Origin: Nannocystales bacterium
Lineage (GTDB): Bacteria > Myxococcota_A > Polyangia > Nannocystales > Nannocystaceae
Reading direction: 5' to 3'
Assembly (NCBI GenBank): GCA_050633305.1
Contig: JBOEGF010000009.1
Span: forward strand, 94,314-158,313
Length of the DNA: 64,000 nt
Shown here: positions 1 to 8,055 of the stretch, piece after piece
Layout of the letters: the number at the start of each line of letters is the position of its first letter
How positions within the stretch are numbered: position 1 is the first letter of the stretch
Position numbers and translations under genes: made by a program
The notes under the pieces: model-generated
The model's database searches: none
What the model was told of the DNA's origin: nothing
The model's input: the letters and a program-made list of their open reading frames with translations, nothing else

Positions 1-697
1 TTCGGACGCGCTGGGCGAACGAGGAGGCGCCGCGCTCCACGTACGCCTGCGCTCGCTTCGTCGTTGCGGGGGTGCTCCGAAGGTTGCACGACGCGATGAG
101 CTTGAGGACCTCGGCCTCCTCGACGAACGCACCCGTCGGAAACTCGCGCGCATACGTTTGGGCGGTGGTCTTCGCACTGGAATTGTTCCCCGCCGTGAGG
201 GCGCGCCGGGCCTTCACGATGAGCGCGAGTTCGGCCTGAAGGTCGCTTCCCTTGGGCTGCGCGGCCGCGGAGGTCGCTGCGTTCTTGGTCGATCCGCGGC
301 GCTTGCGGGGCCGCTGAACGGACGGGGGATCCTCGTTGGGTGCCGAGGATTCGTGCGCGGTGACGTCTTGGCGCGGTTGCGGCGTCTCGATGTGCGGGGC
401 AGGAGCGCGCTGCTCTGGAACGTAGGTTGCGATCGGGTCCAGCCGACTCGGGGCCGGGCGCGAAGCGGTGGCAGCGAGGCCCGCAGCGCCAAGAGCTGCA
501 GCCGCAACTCCGCCGACTACAATCCGGCGAAGGATGCTCGTCTGGGGCGCGGATGGTTCGGGCGCGCTCTGAGACGGGGGAGGCGGAGCAGCGAAGCCAA
601 GGCGGTCTCGCAGCGCGGCGACCTCCTGGGACGTGGGAGACGAGGCGCCGCGGGCTGCGTCGAGCAGGGCCCTCGCGTTGGGGTTGAGTTCATCCAC
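1..697 (-). CDS. Putative anti-sigma factor (N-terminal helix, single TM, Pro-rich linker, C-terminal TPR-like domain); runs off the left edge
   Basis: Absent from the ORF track. My translation from GTG at 697 is stop-free to the window edge: MDELNPNARALLDAARG...ILRRIVVGGVAAAALGAAGLAA (TM)...DLQAELALIVKARRALTAG...YAREFPTGAFVEEAEVLKLIASC. It overlaps the ECF sigma stop by 8 nt and aligns by eye with 23192-24025. Confidence 0.75.
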   Translation of the reverse strand, partial: MDELNPNARALLDAARGASSPTSQEVAALRDRLGFAAPPPPSQSAPEPSAPQTSILRRIVVGGVAAAALGAAGLAATASRPAPSRLDPIATYVPEQRAPAPHIETPQPRQDVTAHESSAPNEDPPSVQRPRKRRGSTKNAATSAAAQPKGSDLQAELALIVKARRALTAGNNSSAKTTAQTYAREFPTGAFVEEAEVLKLIASCNLRSTPATTKRAQAYVERGASSFAQRVR

Positions 698-1229
698 CTT
701 CTCGTCTCCTCACGGCGTCGAGTCGGTCGACGCTGGCCTGAAATGCTTGCCGGGCGGAGCGGAGCCGCGAGGCCACGGTGTTGGGGTTCTCGCCGAGGAT
801 CTCACCGATCTCGGCGGCGGTGAGCCGCTCGAGCTCACCGAGAACGAATGCCTCCCGTTTGGCTTCGGGCAGGCTCTCGAGGAAGTCCGCGAGGAATGCC
901 TCGGCCTCTCGGTAGGAGACGGCCTCGTCTGGCGAGGGCGTGGTGTTCACGCTGGGCTCGAACGCCGCCTCCTTGCGCTCGGAGCGAAGATGCTTCCGCT
1001 TGTGGTGCAGGACGACGTGGCGGGTGATGCCGCCGATCCACGCGCGGGCGGAGCGGCTGGGGTCGAGTTCGTCGATCTTTCGCTGCACGATGATGAACAC
1101 CTCGTGCACCACGTCTTGAGCGTCGGCTTGGGGGATGCCCAGGTACCGAGCTGTGCGCCATGCAAACTCGACGTGGTCCTGGTAGAGGATCGCGATGGGG
1201 GTCGCAGCCGACTGGGGCGAGGCGCTCAA
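690..1229 (-). CDS. ECF-type RNA polymerase sigma factor (cassette copy 1)
   Basis: Region 2 LYQDHVEFAWRTARYLG..DAQDVVHEVF..RAWIGGI and region 4 LPEAKREAFVL..TAAEIGEILG..NTVASRLRSAR. TTG start at 1229 overlaps the upstream TGA (TTGA). Confidence 0.9.
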   Translation of the reverse strand: MSASPQSAATPIAILYQDHVEFAWRTARYLGIPQADAQDVVHEVFIIVQRKIDELDPSRSARAWIGGITRHVVLHHKRKHLRSERKEAAFEPSVNTTPSPDEAVSYREAEAFLADFLESLPEAKREAFVLGELERLTAAEIGEILGENPNTVASRLRSARQAFQASVDRLDAVRRREGG

Positions 1230-2236
1230 CGCCCTGTCTTTCCCGCCGCCGCCGAAGTTCGTGAAGGAAAATGGACTTCGAGGCCGACCGTCCCGCGGAT
1301 GGACGCGGGACCGGGCTGAAAGGGCGTCTGGGAGTCCATCTGGGGGACCGAAATGCTTCGAAGACCCACGTGGGCTTCGGCCGACGCCCACAGCGCGAGG
1401 GCGGGGCGAAAGAACCACGTGACCCCCGCGGACCCGGTCGCGGCTGGCCATGCGGCATGGCGGACTCGCCGCCGTGTCGGTGCTCGGTCTGCAGTGCGAA
1501 GCGCGCCGACGCCGCCGCCCACACACAACGGGAACAACACCGTCTTTGAACCGGGGGTCAGGCAGCCGCGGGCGGCGACGAACCCCATCGTGACGAGGAA
1601 TCGATATCCAGCGCCCCGGGGGTCGGAAGCGTCGGCCGGCGTCCACAGGGCCCCAGAGACCTCGGCGCGGCCCCAGGGCCCAGCCGCTCCGACGGCGAGA
1701 CGACCCGCGGTCATCGTCGGCGTGACCCCGTACCCCAGACCGAGGTCGAACCGCGCCAGGGCGCGAGTGAAGTCCTCTCTCGGCACGCGCTGTCGAGGCT
1801 CCGGTTCCGGCTCTGGCTCTGGCTCCGGTTCCGGCTCTGGCTCTGGCTCTGGTTTCGGTTCCGGTTCCGGTTCCGGTTCCGGTTCCGGTTCCGGTTCCGG
1901 TTCCTGCGGTGGGGGGTCCGCTTCGAGGGGGTCAGGACTGAGCGCGAGCGACAGAATTACGGCGGCCGCGTCCCCCAACGCCTCGCACGACCCGGCTTCC
2001 AGCTCTTTGGTGGAGTCCCCGAACCGCAGCACCAGCGTCCATCGGCCCTCGAGCAGCGTGACCTTGGCGTCAGCGCTCAGCGGCCGCAACGGCGCCTGTT
2101 CGAGCAGCGCGTCGACCCGGGCGCGGACCTGCGCTTCGTTGGGACAGGTCTGCGGAGCGTCCCAACGGAGCTTCAGCGGGTCGGACTCGGGTGGGGCGAT
2201 CCCGACCGCCCCCGCCAGGAGTCCGGCCACCAGCAC
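1226..2236 (-). CDS. Exported protein: Cys-pair N-domain, (EP)n spacer, beta-barrel-like C-domain (cassette copy 1)
   Basis: Signal-like N-terminus; W.AP..CP...SC..L..AAAVILSLA motif shared with 19017-19994 and 21421-22590; amphipathic Gly/aromatic beta strands ending ..GLEVHFP plus 12 residues. Confidence 0.7.
   Translation of the reverse strand: MLVAGLLAGAVGIAPPESDPLKLRWDAPQTCPNEAQVRARVDALLEQAPLRPLSADAKVTLLEGRWTLVLRFGDSTKELEAGSCEALGDAAAVILSLALSPDPLEADPPPQEPEPEPEPEPEPEPEPKPEPEPEPEPEPEPEPEPEPRQRVPREDFTRALARFDLGLGYGVTPTMTAGRLAVGAAGPWGRAEVSGALWTPADASDPRGAGYRFLVTMGFVAARGCLTPGSKTVLFPLCVGGGVGALRTADRAPTRRRVRHAAWPAATGSAGVTWFFRPALALWASAEAHVGLRSISVPQMDSQTPFQPGPASIRGTVGLEVHFPSRTSAAAGKTGR
1796..1903 (-). 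repeat. Hexanucleotide tandem repeat encoding (EP)8-KP-(EP)9
   Basis: GAACCG/GAGCCA/GAGCCG units are read directly on the minus strand. Confidence 0.95.
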
Positions 2237-2265
2237 CCCCGTTGCCTATCACACTCTCACCGCGC

Positions 2266-3336
2266 TCAGGCTGTGGCCGCTGCGACCGGGAGGTGGGGGA
2301 GCGCGAGGTTTTCTCGGAGAATCTGCTCGACCGCATCGACCCACGCAGGCTCGGTGTTGAGCGAGGGAACCAGCGTCAGCTCGCGGCCCTCGCCGGCCTT
2401 CTCGAACTCCTCCTTCAGACCCATGCCGACCTCTTCGAGCGTCTCGAGGCAGTCGGCGACAAATGCGGGACAGAACACGACCAGTTTTTTGACGTCGCCC
2501 TTGTCTCGAATCTGCTCGAGCACGACATCGGTGAACGGCGTGATCCACTCCTTGGTCAGTCGCGATTGAAACGTGACCGTGTAGTCCGACGCATCCAGCT
2601 CGAGCTTGGCGGCAAGATCTCGTGCCGTGGTCACGCTCTGTGCCCGGTAGCAGTTGCGGTTGACGTCGGTGATCGTCTCGCAACAGTTCGGCTTGGCGAG
2701 GCAGTGCGCACCGGAGCGGTCACCCTTGCGAAGGTGTCGTTCGGGGAGCCCGTGAAAGCTCATCAGGACGTGGTCGGGCTGCTTTTCCTCGAGGATCGGG
2801 CGACCGACTTGGGTGAACGCCTCGATGAACGCCGGGTGGTCGTAGAACGGAGGGACCACGGTCACGAACGGGGTGTTCTCCTGCTCTGCCGCGATGCGGT
2901 ACGCCGCTTCGGCGGTGGAGCCGGTGGAACTCGATGCGTACTGGGGGTACAGCGGGAAGGCGATAATCCGGTCGCATCCGTCTTGGATGAGTCCTTCGAT
3001 GCCCGAGCGCAGCGACGGTGATCCGTAGCGCATGGCGAGGCGAACCCGAACGTCGGCTTCGCCTGCGAAGCGTTCGGCGATCTGCTCCGCGAGCGCTTTG
3101 CCGTGGATCAGCAGGGGCGAGCCCTCGTCCGACCAGATCTTCTTGTAGGCGGCCGCCGACTTGGCGGGGCGGAACCGAAGGATGATCAGGTTGAGCAGGA
3201 ACCACCGGCTCACCGGGTGGATGTCGATCACCCGCGGGTCATTGAGGAACTCCGCCAGGTAGCGGCGCACGTCGCCGGTCTCCGGCGAGTCCGGGGTTCC
3301 CAGGTTGACGAGCAAGATGCCGATGCGGCGGTTCAC
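2266..3336 (-). CDS. hemH: Ferrochelatase
   Basis: GILLVNLGTP, LAMRYGSPS, PLYPQYASSSTGS, LMSFHGLP, FQSR, FVADCLETLEE motifs; GTG start chosen at 3336. Confidence 0.95.
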   Translation of the reverse strand: MNRRIGILLVNLGTPDSPETGDVRRYLAEFLNDPRVIDIHPVSRWFLLNLIILRFRPAKSAAAYKKIWSDEGSPLLIHGKALAEQIAERFAGEADVRVRLAMRYGSPSLRSGIEGLIQDGCDRIIAFPLYPQYASSSTGSTAEAAYRIAAEQENTPFVTVVPPFYDHPAFIEAFTQVGRPILEEKQPDHVLMSFHGLPERHLRKGDRSGAHCLAKPNCCETITDVNRNCYRAQSVTTARDLAAKLELDASDYTVTFQSRLTKEWITPFTDVVLEQIRDKGDVKKLVVFCPAFVADCLETLEEVGMGLKEEFEKAGEGRELTLVPSLNTEPAWVDAVEQILRENLALPHLPVAAATA

Positions 3337-3406
3337 GGCAGCGAGCCTGCGGAAAAACCCCGGCCCGCGCAAGCGAGTCCGGGGTTCGACACCGTGCAGC
3401 GGGGTT

Positions 3407-5350
3407 CTACTTCTCGACCAGCGCGTCGAGCATCGACTGGATGCGCGCCACGGTGCCCTTGGGGTCGGGAACCTCGCCCTCCGAGAGGTGCGCTTGGTCG
3501 TGCAACAGCTCGATGTAGGCGTCGGCTCGGGCGGCGTCGTCGCCGGACTGAACCAGCGCACATGCGGCCTTCACGAAGCTGTGGCCGCCGTTGAGCTCGA
3601 GGACGCGTGGTCGATTGGAGACCTCACGCCCCGCGGCCTGGAGGATACGCTCCATGTTGCGACCCATTCCGCCCGCATCGTCGACGAGGCAGGAGGCGCT
3701 CGAGGTGAGCCGACGCGAGACCTTCACAGCGCTGACGCGACCGGCGAGGAGCTCGGTTGCACGCTCGAGGAGCGGGGCCAGCTCGGCGGATTGGCCGTCG
3801 TCCTTGGTGTCTTCGCCTTCGTCGTCCTTGCTGTCCTCGTCGGAGGAACCGTCGAGGTTGAGGTCGCTCGCGGTGACGCTGATGAGCTTCTTACCGTCGT
3901 ACTCGGCCAGGTCCTGAACGACCCATTCATCGACCGCGTCGGTCATCATGATGACGGCGTAGCCTCGGTCGCGCAGCGCCTCGAGATGCGGGCTGCCCCG
4001 CAACTCCTCCTGCGAGCGTCCCGTGATGTAGTAGATGGCCTGCTGGCCCTCGGGCATCGTGTCGACGTACTCGCGCAGAGAGACCCACTTGGCCTCGTGC
4101 CCGGTGCTTCCGAAGCGCAGCAGCTCAGTGAGGTCGTCCTTGTGGCCCGCGTCGAGGTGCAGCCCTTCCTTGAGGAACACACCGAAGTTCTCGAAGACCT
4201 TCTCGTAGCGCTCGCGGTCTTCCTTGGCGGTGTCGGAGAGCAGCCGCAGGGTCTTGCGGGTGAGCTGCCGACGGATGGCGGAGAGGTTCTTGTTCTCCTG
4301 CAGCATCTCGCGGGAGACGTTCAGGGGGAGGTCCTCGGAGTCGACAACACCCCGCATGAACCGCAGGTAGGTCGGCAGGAGCTTGTCGCAGCTCTCCATC
4401 ACCATCACGCGGCGGGCGAAGAGCTGCAGGTGCTTGCTCTCCTCGTTGAACAGGTCGGCAGGGCGACGACCGGGGATGAACAGCACCGCGTGGAACTGGA
4501 TCGGTGCATCCATCGACAGGTGCATGCGCCCCAGTGGCTCGTCGCCGGGCAAGACGAAGCCGCCCATGACGTGCTTGTAGAACTCTTTGTAGTCGTCGTC
4601 GTTCAGCTCGGACGCGTTCTGCGTCCAGAAGGCGCCGATCTCGTTGAGTTGGGTCCACTCCGGCGTGTCGTCGCCTGGCTCGTCGCCCTTTTTGTCGACC
4701 GCGAACTGGACCGGGTACATGACGAAGTTGCTGTACCGCTTGACGATGTTCTCCAGCCGGTAGTGATCGAGGTACTCCTTTGCATCCTCCTTGAGGTGGA
4801 CCTCGATGCGCGTGCCTCGGGTGGCCTTGTCGGTCGGCGCGATGGTGAACGAGCCATCCCCGGTGCTGCTCCAGTGCACACCGTCGTTGCCGGGCAGGGC
4901 GGAGCGGGTGAAGACGTCGACGCGGTCCGACACCATGAAGGCGCTGTAGAAGCCCACACCGAACTGGCCGATGAGCTGTACGTCGGGAGACTTGCCGTCG
5001 GCCTGAGCCTTGGCGGCTTGCTCGAGGAAGGCGAGGGTGCCCGAGTGGGCGATGGTGCCGAGGTTGGCGCGCGCCTCTTCGGGCGTCATGCCGATGCCGT
5101 TGTCTTCGATGATCAGGACCCCGCGCTCGGTGTCCGCGGACAGCCGGACGCTGGGCTCGAGCTCTTGACCCTCGAGGCTTGTGTCGACCAGCGCCGTGTA
5201 TCGGGCCTTGTCGATGGCATCGGAGGCGTTGCTGATCAGTTCCCGGAGAAAGATCTCTCGGTTCGTGTACAGCGAATGGGTCACCAGTTTGAGAACGGCG
5301 GCGACCTCCGCCTTGAACTCGTGCTTTTCGGGTGCTGGCGTGTCGGGCAT
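3407..5350 (-). CDS. htpG: Molecular chaperone HtpG (Hsp90)
   Basis: HSLYTNREIFLRELISNASDA, DNGIGM, IGQFGVGFYSAF, GVVDSEDLPLNVSREMLQ. Confidence 0.98.
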   Translation of the reverse strand: MPDTPAPEKHEFKAEVAAVLKLVTHSLYTNREIFLRELISNASDAIDKARYTALVDTSLEGQELEPSVRLSADTERGVLIIEDNGIGMTPEEARANLGTIAHSGTLAFLEQAAKAQADGKSPDVQLIGQFGVGFYSAFMVSDRVDVFTRSALPGNDGVHWSSTGDGSFTIAPTDKATRGTRIEVHLKEDAKEYLDHYRLENIVKRYSNFVMYPVQFAVDKKGDEPGDDTPEWTQLNEIGAFWTQNASELNDDDYKEFYKHVMGGFVLPGDEPLGRMHLSMDAPIQFHAVLFIPGRRPADLFNEESKHLQLFARRVMVMESCDKLLPTYLRFMRGVVDSEDLPLNVSREMLQENKNLSAIRRQLTRKTLRLLSDTAKEDRERYEKVFENFGVFLKEGLHLDAGHKDDLTELLRFGSTGHEAKWVSLREYVDTMPEGQQAIYYITGRSQEELRGSPHLEALRDRGYAVIMMTDAVDEWVVQDLAEYDGKKLISVTASDLNLDGSSDEDSKDDEGEDTKDDGQSAELAPLLERATELLAGRVSAVKVSRRLTSSASCLVDDAGGMGRNMERILQAAGREVSNRPRVLELNGGHSFVKAACALVQSGDDAARADAYIELLHDQAHLSEGEVPDPKGTVARIQSMLDALVEK

Positions 5351-5365
5351 GACTCTCGGCGGCCA

Positions 5366-5393
5366 ACGCTAAGCATCGTCTTCGCGACGTCAA
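5366..5393 (-). promoter_or_regulatory. Candidate sigma70-type promoter of htpG (TTGACG-N16-TAGCGT)
   Basis: Seen on the minus strand, ending 15 nt before the htpG ATG; consensus resemblance only. Confidence 0.35.
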
Positions 5394-5492
5394 TACGCGG
5401 GCGACCAAGCACGCCGAAACGGACGTTTGCGGGATCTCACGGCTTTCTAGGAGCGCTTGTCACGGGGTCGGTGTCGCCCCTACAGTCGTGGG

Positions 5493-6635
5493 GTGAGGTT
5501 GTTGGCGTTCGTGGGTGTTGCGGTGTTGGGGTGCGCGGGGGTCGTAGCCTGCGACTCGACATCCTCAAATCCCGGCGTTGGCGGTGCACCACGAGATGCT
5601 GAGATCCCACTCACGGCTCCGCCACCGGCGATTCGAGTCCCCGCTCCACTGCCGAGCGCGTACTGCGATGTCAACGTGACCGGGACTGGGGTCATCGACC
5701 TCGAAGAGGTCTATTTGCCCGGGGTGGTGACCTGCGAGAATGGAGGCGCAGATCTCGAAGCGCTCAAGGCCCAGGCCATCTCCGCTCGCTCGGTTGCCTA
5801 CTACAACATGGCCACGGAGGGGGAGATCTGTGACAGCCAGGGGTGCCAGGTCTTCTCTTGTGCCAGCGACCCCTCGGCACTTGCGATTCAGGCGGTGCAG
5901 GAGACCTCGGGGATCTACCTCATGTACAACAGCACGTTGACCTACGGCTTCTACGTGGCCGGGGACAACAACACGTCCGGGCCCGATTGTGTGGGCTCCA
6001 GCGGCTCGACGGAGCAGTGGGTCACGTACAACAGCGGGCAGTCCGGGACGAGTGTCGAGCAGACCGAACTCGGCTTCGTGCACCCGACCGGTGATCCGTC
6101 GTACGGCCAGAACCGCGGCTGCATGGGGCAGTGGGGTGCGCGGTGTCTCGAGGAGGGCGGAGCGGACTACCTCGACATTTTGCGGTTCTACTACGGCGAG
6201 GACATCGAGCTCGTTCAAGGCGAGGGAGATTGCGTCCTGCCGGGCGAGACCACCGACGGGTCTGCCTCCGAGTCCTCAGGGGCGGATGCTTCGACGGGTG
6301 GCGACCCTTCGGCGAGCGGAGACCCGACCGACCCGAGCGGAGAGCCGACAGATCCCACCGAGGGCAGCACGGGACTTGGCGGGGGGACAGCGGGCGACAC
6401 AGGGAAGCCGGGCGCTGGGGACTCGGACGACTCGAGCGAGGACCCGGCGCCGACGTCCGGCTCCCTCTCCGCGGGGGCCTTGCCCGCAGGCTTTGGCGAG
6501 GACGCAACCAACTCCGGATGCAACTGCACGTCCGCTGCTCATGAGGGACGTCGCGGCTTCGGCTCTACGGCCGCCTTGTGGCTGGTGGTGCTGGGTCTTG
6601 GCCGTCGACGACGGCGCGGCTCATCCCGCAGCTGA
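5493..6635 (+). CDS. SpoIID/LytB-domain exported protein with C-terminal MYXO-CTERM-like signal
   Basis: LEEVYLPGVVTCE..LEALKAQAISARS and ICDSQGCQV (SpoIID-like); lipobox-like VVACD; Ser/Gly/Asp linker; GCNC..hydrophobic..RRRRR C-terminus. Confidence 0.8.
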   Translation: MRLLAFVGVAVLGCAGVVACDSTSSNPGVGGAPRDAEIPLTAPPPAIRVPAPLPSAYCDVNVTGTGVIDLEEVYLPGVVTCENGGADLEALKAQAISARSVAYYNMATEGEICDSQGCQVFSCASDPSALAIQAVQETSGIYLMYNSTLTYGFYVAGDNNTSGPDCVGSSGSTEQWVTYNSGQSGTSVEQTELGFVHPTGDPSYGQNRGCMGQWGARCLEEGGADYLDILRFYYGEDIELVQGEGDCVLPGETTDGSASESSGADASTGGDPSASGDPTDPSGEPTDPTEGSTGLGGGTAGDTGKPGAGDSDDSSEDPAPTSGSLSAGALPAGFGEDATNSGCNCTSAAHEGRRGFGSTAALWLVVLGLGRRRRRGSSRS

Positions 6636-6672
6636 GTCGCTCCGCCCGGCGTTCGTGTCGGTGGCTGGACAT

Positions 6673-6709
6673 GAAGAAACCCCGGCCGCAATGCGATCGG
6701 GGTTTCTTC
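6673..6709. terminator. Probable bidirectional intrinsic terminator
   Basis: Perfect 12-bp inverted repeat GAAGAAACCCCG / CGGGGTTTCTTC between convergent genes. Confidence 0.75.
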
Positions 6710-6753
6710 GTTGCCGCATGAGCCGGAGCTCGCACGGCGGTTGAGGCTATTGC

Positions 6754-6975
6754 CTACTCTTCGGCGGTGGGCGCCTCAGCGTCAGCCTCTTCGGCGGACT
6801 CTTCAGCAGCTTCGTCGGTGGACTCTTCGGTGACGTCGTCAGCCGAGGGAGCCTCAGGGGTCTCAGGCGCCTCGGGGGCGGCAACGTCGGGGGTCGCGGT
6901 GTCGGGGGTGGACTTGTCGCAAGCAACGAGGGTGCCGGCAGCCGCAACGATGAGAAGCAGGTTGGTGATCTTCAT
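6754..6975 (-). CDS. Small acidic lipoprotein
   Basis: MKITNLLLIVAAAGTLVAC lipobox, AAGGAAG RBS, Glu/Ala/Pro-rich mature part. Confidence 0.75.
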   Translation of the reverse strand: MKITNLLLIVAAAGTLVACDKSTPDTATPDVAAPEAPETPEAPSADDVTEESTDEAAEESAEEADAEAPTAEE

Positions 6976-7194
6976 GCTGGTCGCTTCCTTGTGGAGGGCG
7001 AGCCGAAAGAGCTCGCGATTCGGCTTGATTACCCCAAGCCGGCGCACTTGTGAACCCGGGCCCTAGAGCATTCCTGCGCACAATGACGCGCAGACGCACG
7101 ATCCGTAAGCATCTGCACGGGTTTCGCGCAGTCCGTGCGGTCCGGACGCTGACAAAACAGACGTCCCGACGAGCCGGACGGTAGGATCGCGCTG

Positions 7195-7563
7195 ATGGGG
7201 ACCCTTGGAAAGCTGTGGCCGTTGGTCTTGTTCGCCTCGTGCTGCGGGCTCGCCTACCAAGGGTGGGCCAACAGCCAGACTCCCCATCCGGTCGATGCGC
7301 AGGCGGAAGCGATCGCCTGCGAGGAACTCGACGCTTGCGGAGGCTCAGCGGCGAACTGGTCCGAGCTCGAGACCTCACCGTTCGTCCGGATCTACCGGAT
7401 CGATTCGGGCAGCGGTCCGGTCACGATCGAGTGCCGATGGTCCGCCGTCATGTTCGGCACGATCTCGTGCCTCGCAGACCGCGAGAGCATTGCCGACGTC
7501 CCAAAAGAGAAACCAGACCAGCGCCCCCACGAGCTTCGCCGGGGCAACAGTAAGCGCCGCTAA
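7195..7563 (+). CDS. Hypothetical exported/membrane-anchored protein with 4 Cys in the mature part
   Basis: Hydrophobic N-terminus and protein-like composition; no family recognised. Confidence 0.6.
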   Translation: MGTLGKLWPLVLFASCCGLAYQGWANSQTPHPVDAQAEAIACEELDACGGSAANWSELETSPFVRIYRIDSGSGPVTIECRWSAVMFGTISCLADRESIADVPKEKPDQRPHELRRGNSKRR

Positions 7564-7855
7564 AGCCCGCCAGATGGCAACCGCCGCCGGGCCGATTGGG
7601 GTCGCAGCCGCCCCGCGCATCTGGCCTTCCATCGCACCACCAGCTGCCAACCCTGCTGAACCCCAACCCCCGAGTCAAGCCAGAGACGAGGGCTGCCGAA
7701 CAGCCCACGGGCCGCCCGGTCGCGGACGCCGAAGCGACGAGCAACCCCCCCCACCGGTCGCCCGGTCGTGGACGCCAACCGCCGAATCAAGCAGGAGGAG
7801 CGAGGCGACGAGCAAGCGCTACGGGGTGCGGGGCGAAGCTCTCTTGGGTGTCCGG

Positions 7856-8055
7856 GTTGCCGCGACCTCCCCGGTGGGGAGGGCGCGACAACGCAAGAGG
7901 CCCCTGGCCTTTGGGGGCTCAGGGGCGTTGAGGCTCTGTTGGGAGGCGGCGGTGATGCCGGCTCCCGAGCGCACGCGTTGTCGCGACAGGGGTCGCGAAA
8001 CTCTTTCGCGCTTACGCGTTGTCGCGACCTCCCCGTTGGGGAGGGCGCGAAACGC
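7856..8055. repeat. Cluster of REP-like palindromic repeats
   Basis: GTTGYCGCGACCTCCCCGKTGGGGAGGGCGCGA at about 7856 and 8018, and a shorter variant GTTGTCGCGACAGGGGTCGCGAAAC at about 7977; each can fold into a hairpin. Confidence 0.7.

Noticed and set aside
158..823. Plus-strand 221-aa ORF
   Set aside because: Arg/Gly-rich shadow of the minus-strand anti-sigma-like CDS (1-697) that the ORF track missed.
5351..5400. Possible CIRCE (HrcA) element upstream of htpG
   Set aside because: Only a TTAGC fragment; no TTAGCACTC-N9-GAGTGCTAA inverted repeat.
3305..5602. 765-aa plus-strand ORF
   Set aside because: Antisense shadow of htpG, typical of high-GC codon bias; no motifs.
7856..8055. Possible mini CRISPR array
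   Set aside because: Only two full copies, irregular spacing, no cas genes; better explained as REP-like hairpins.
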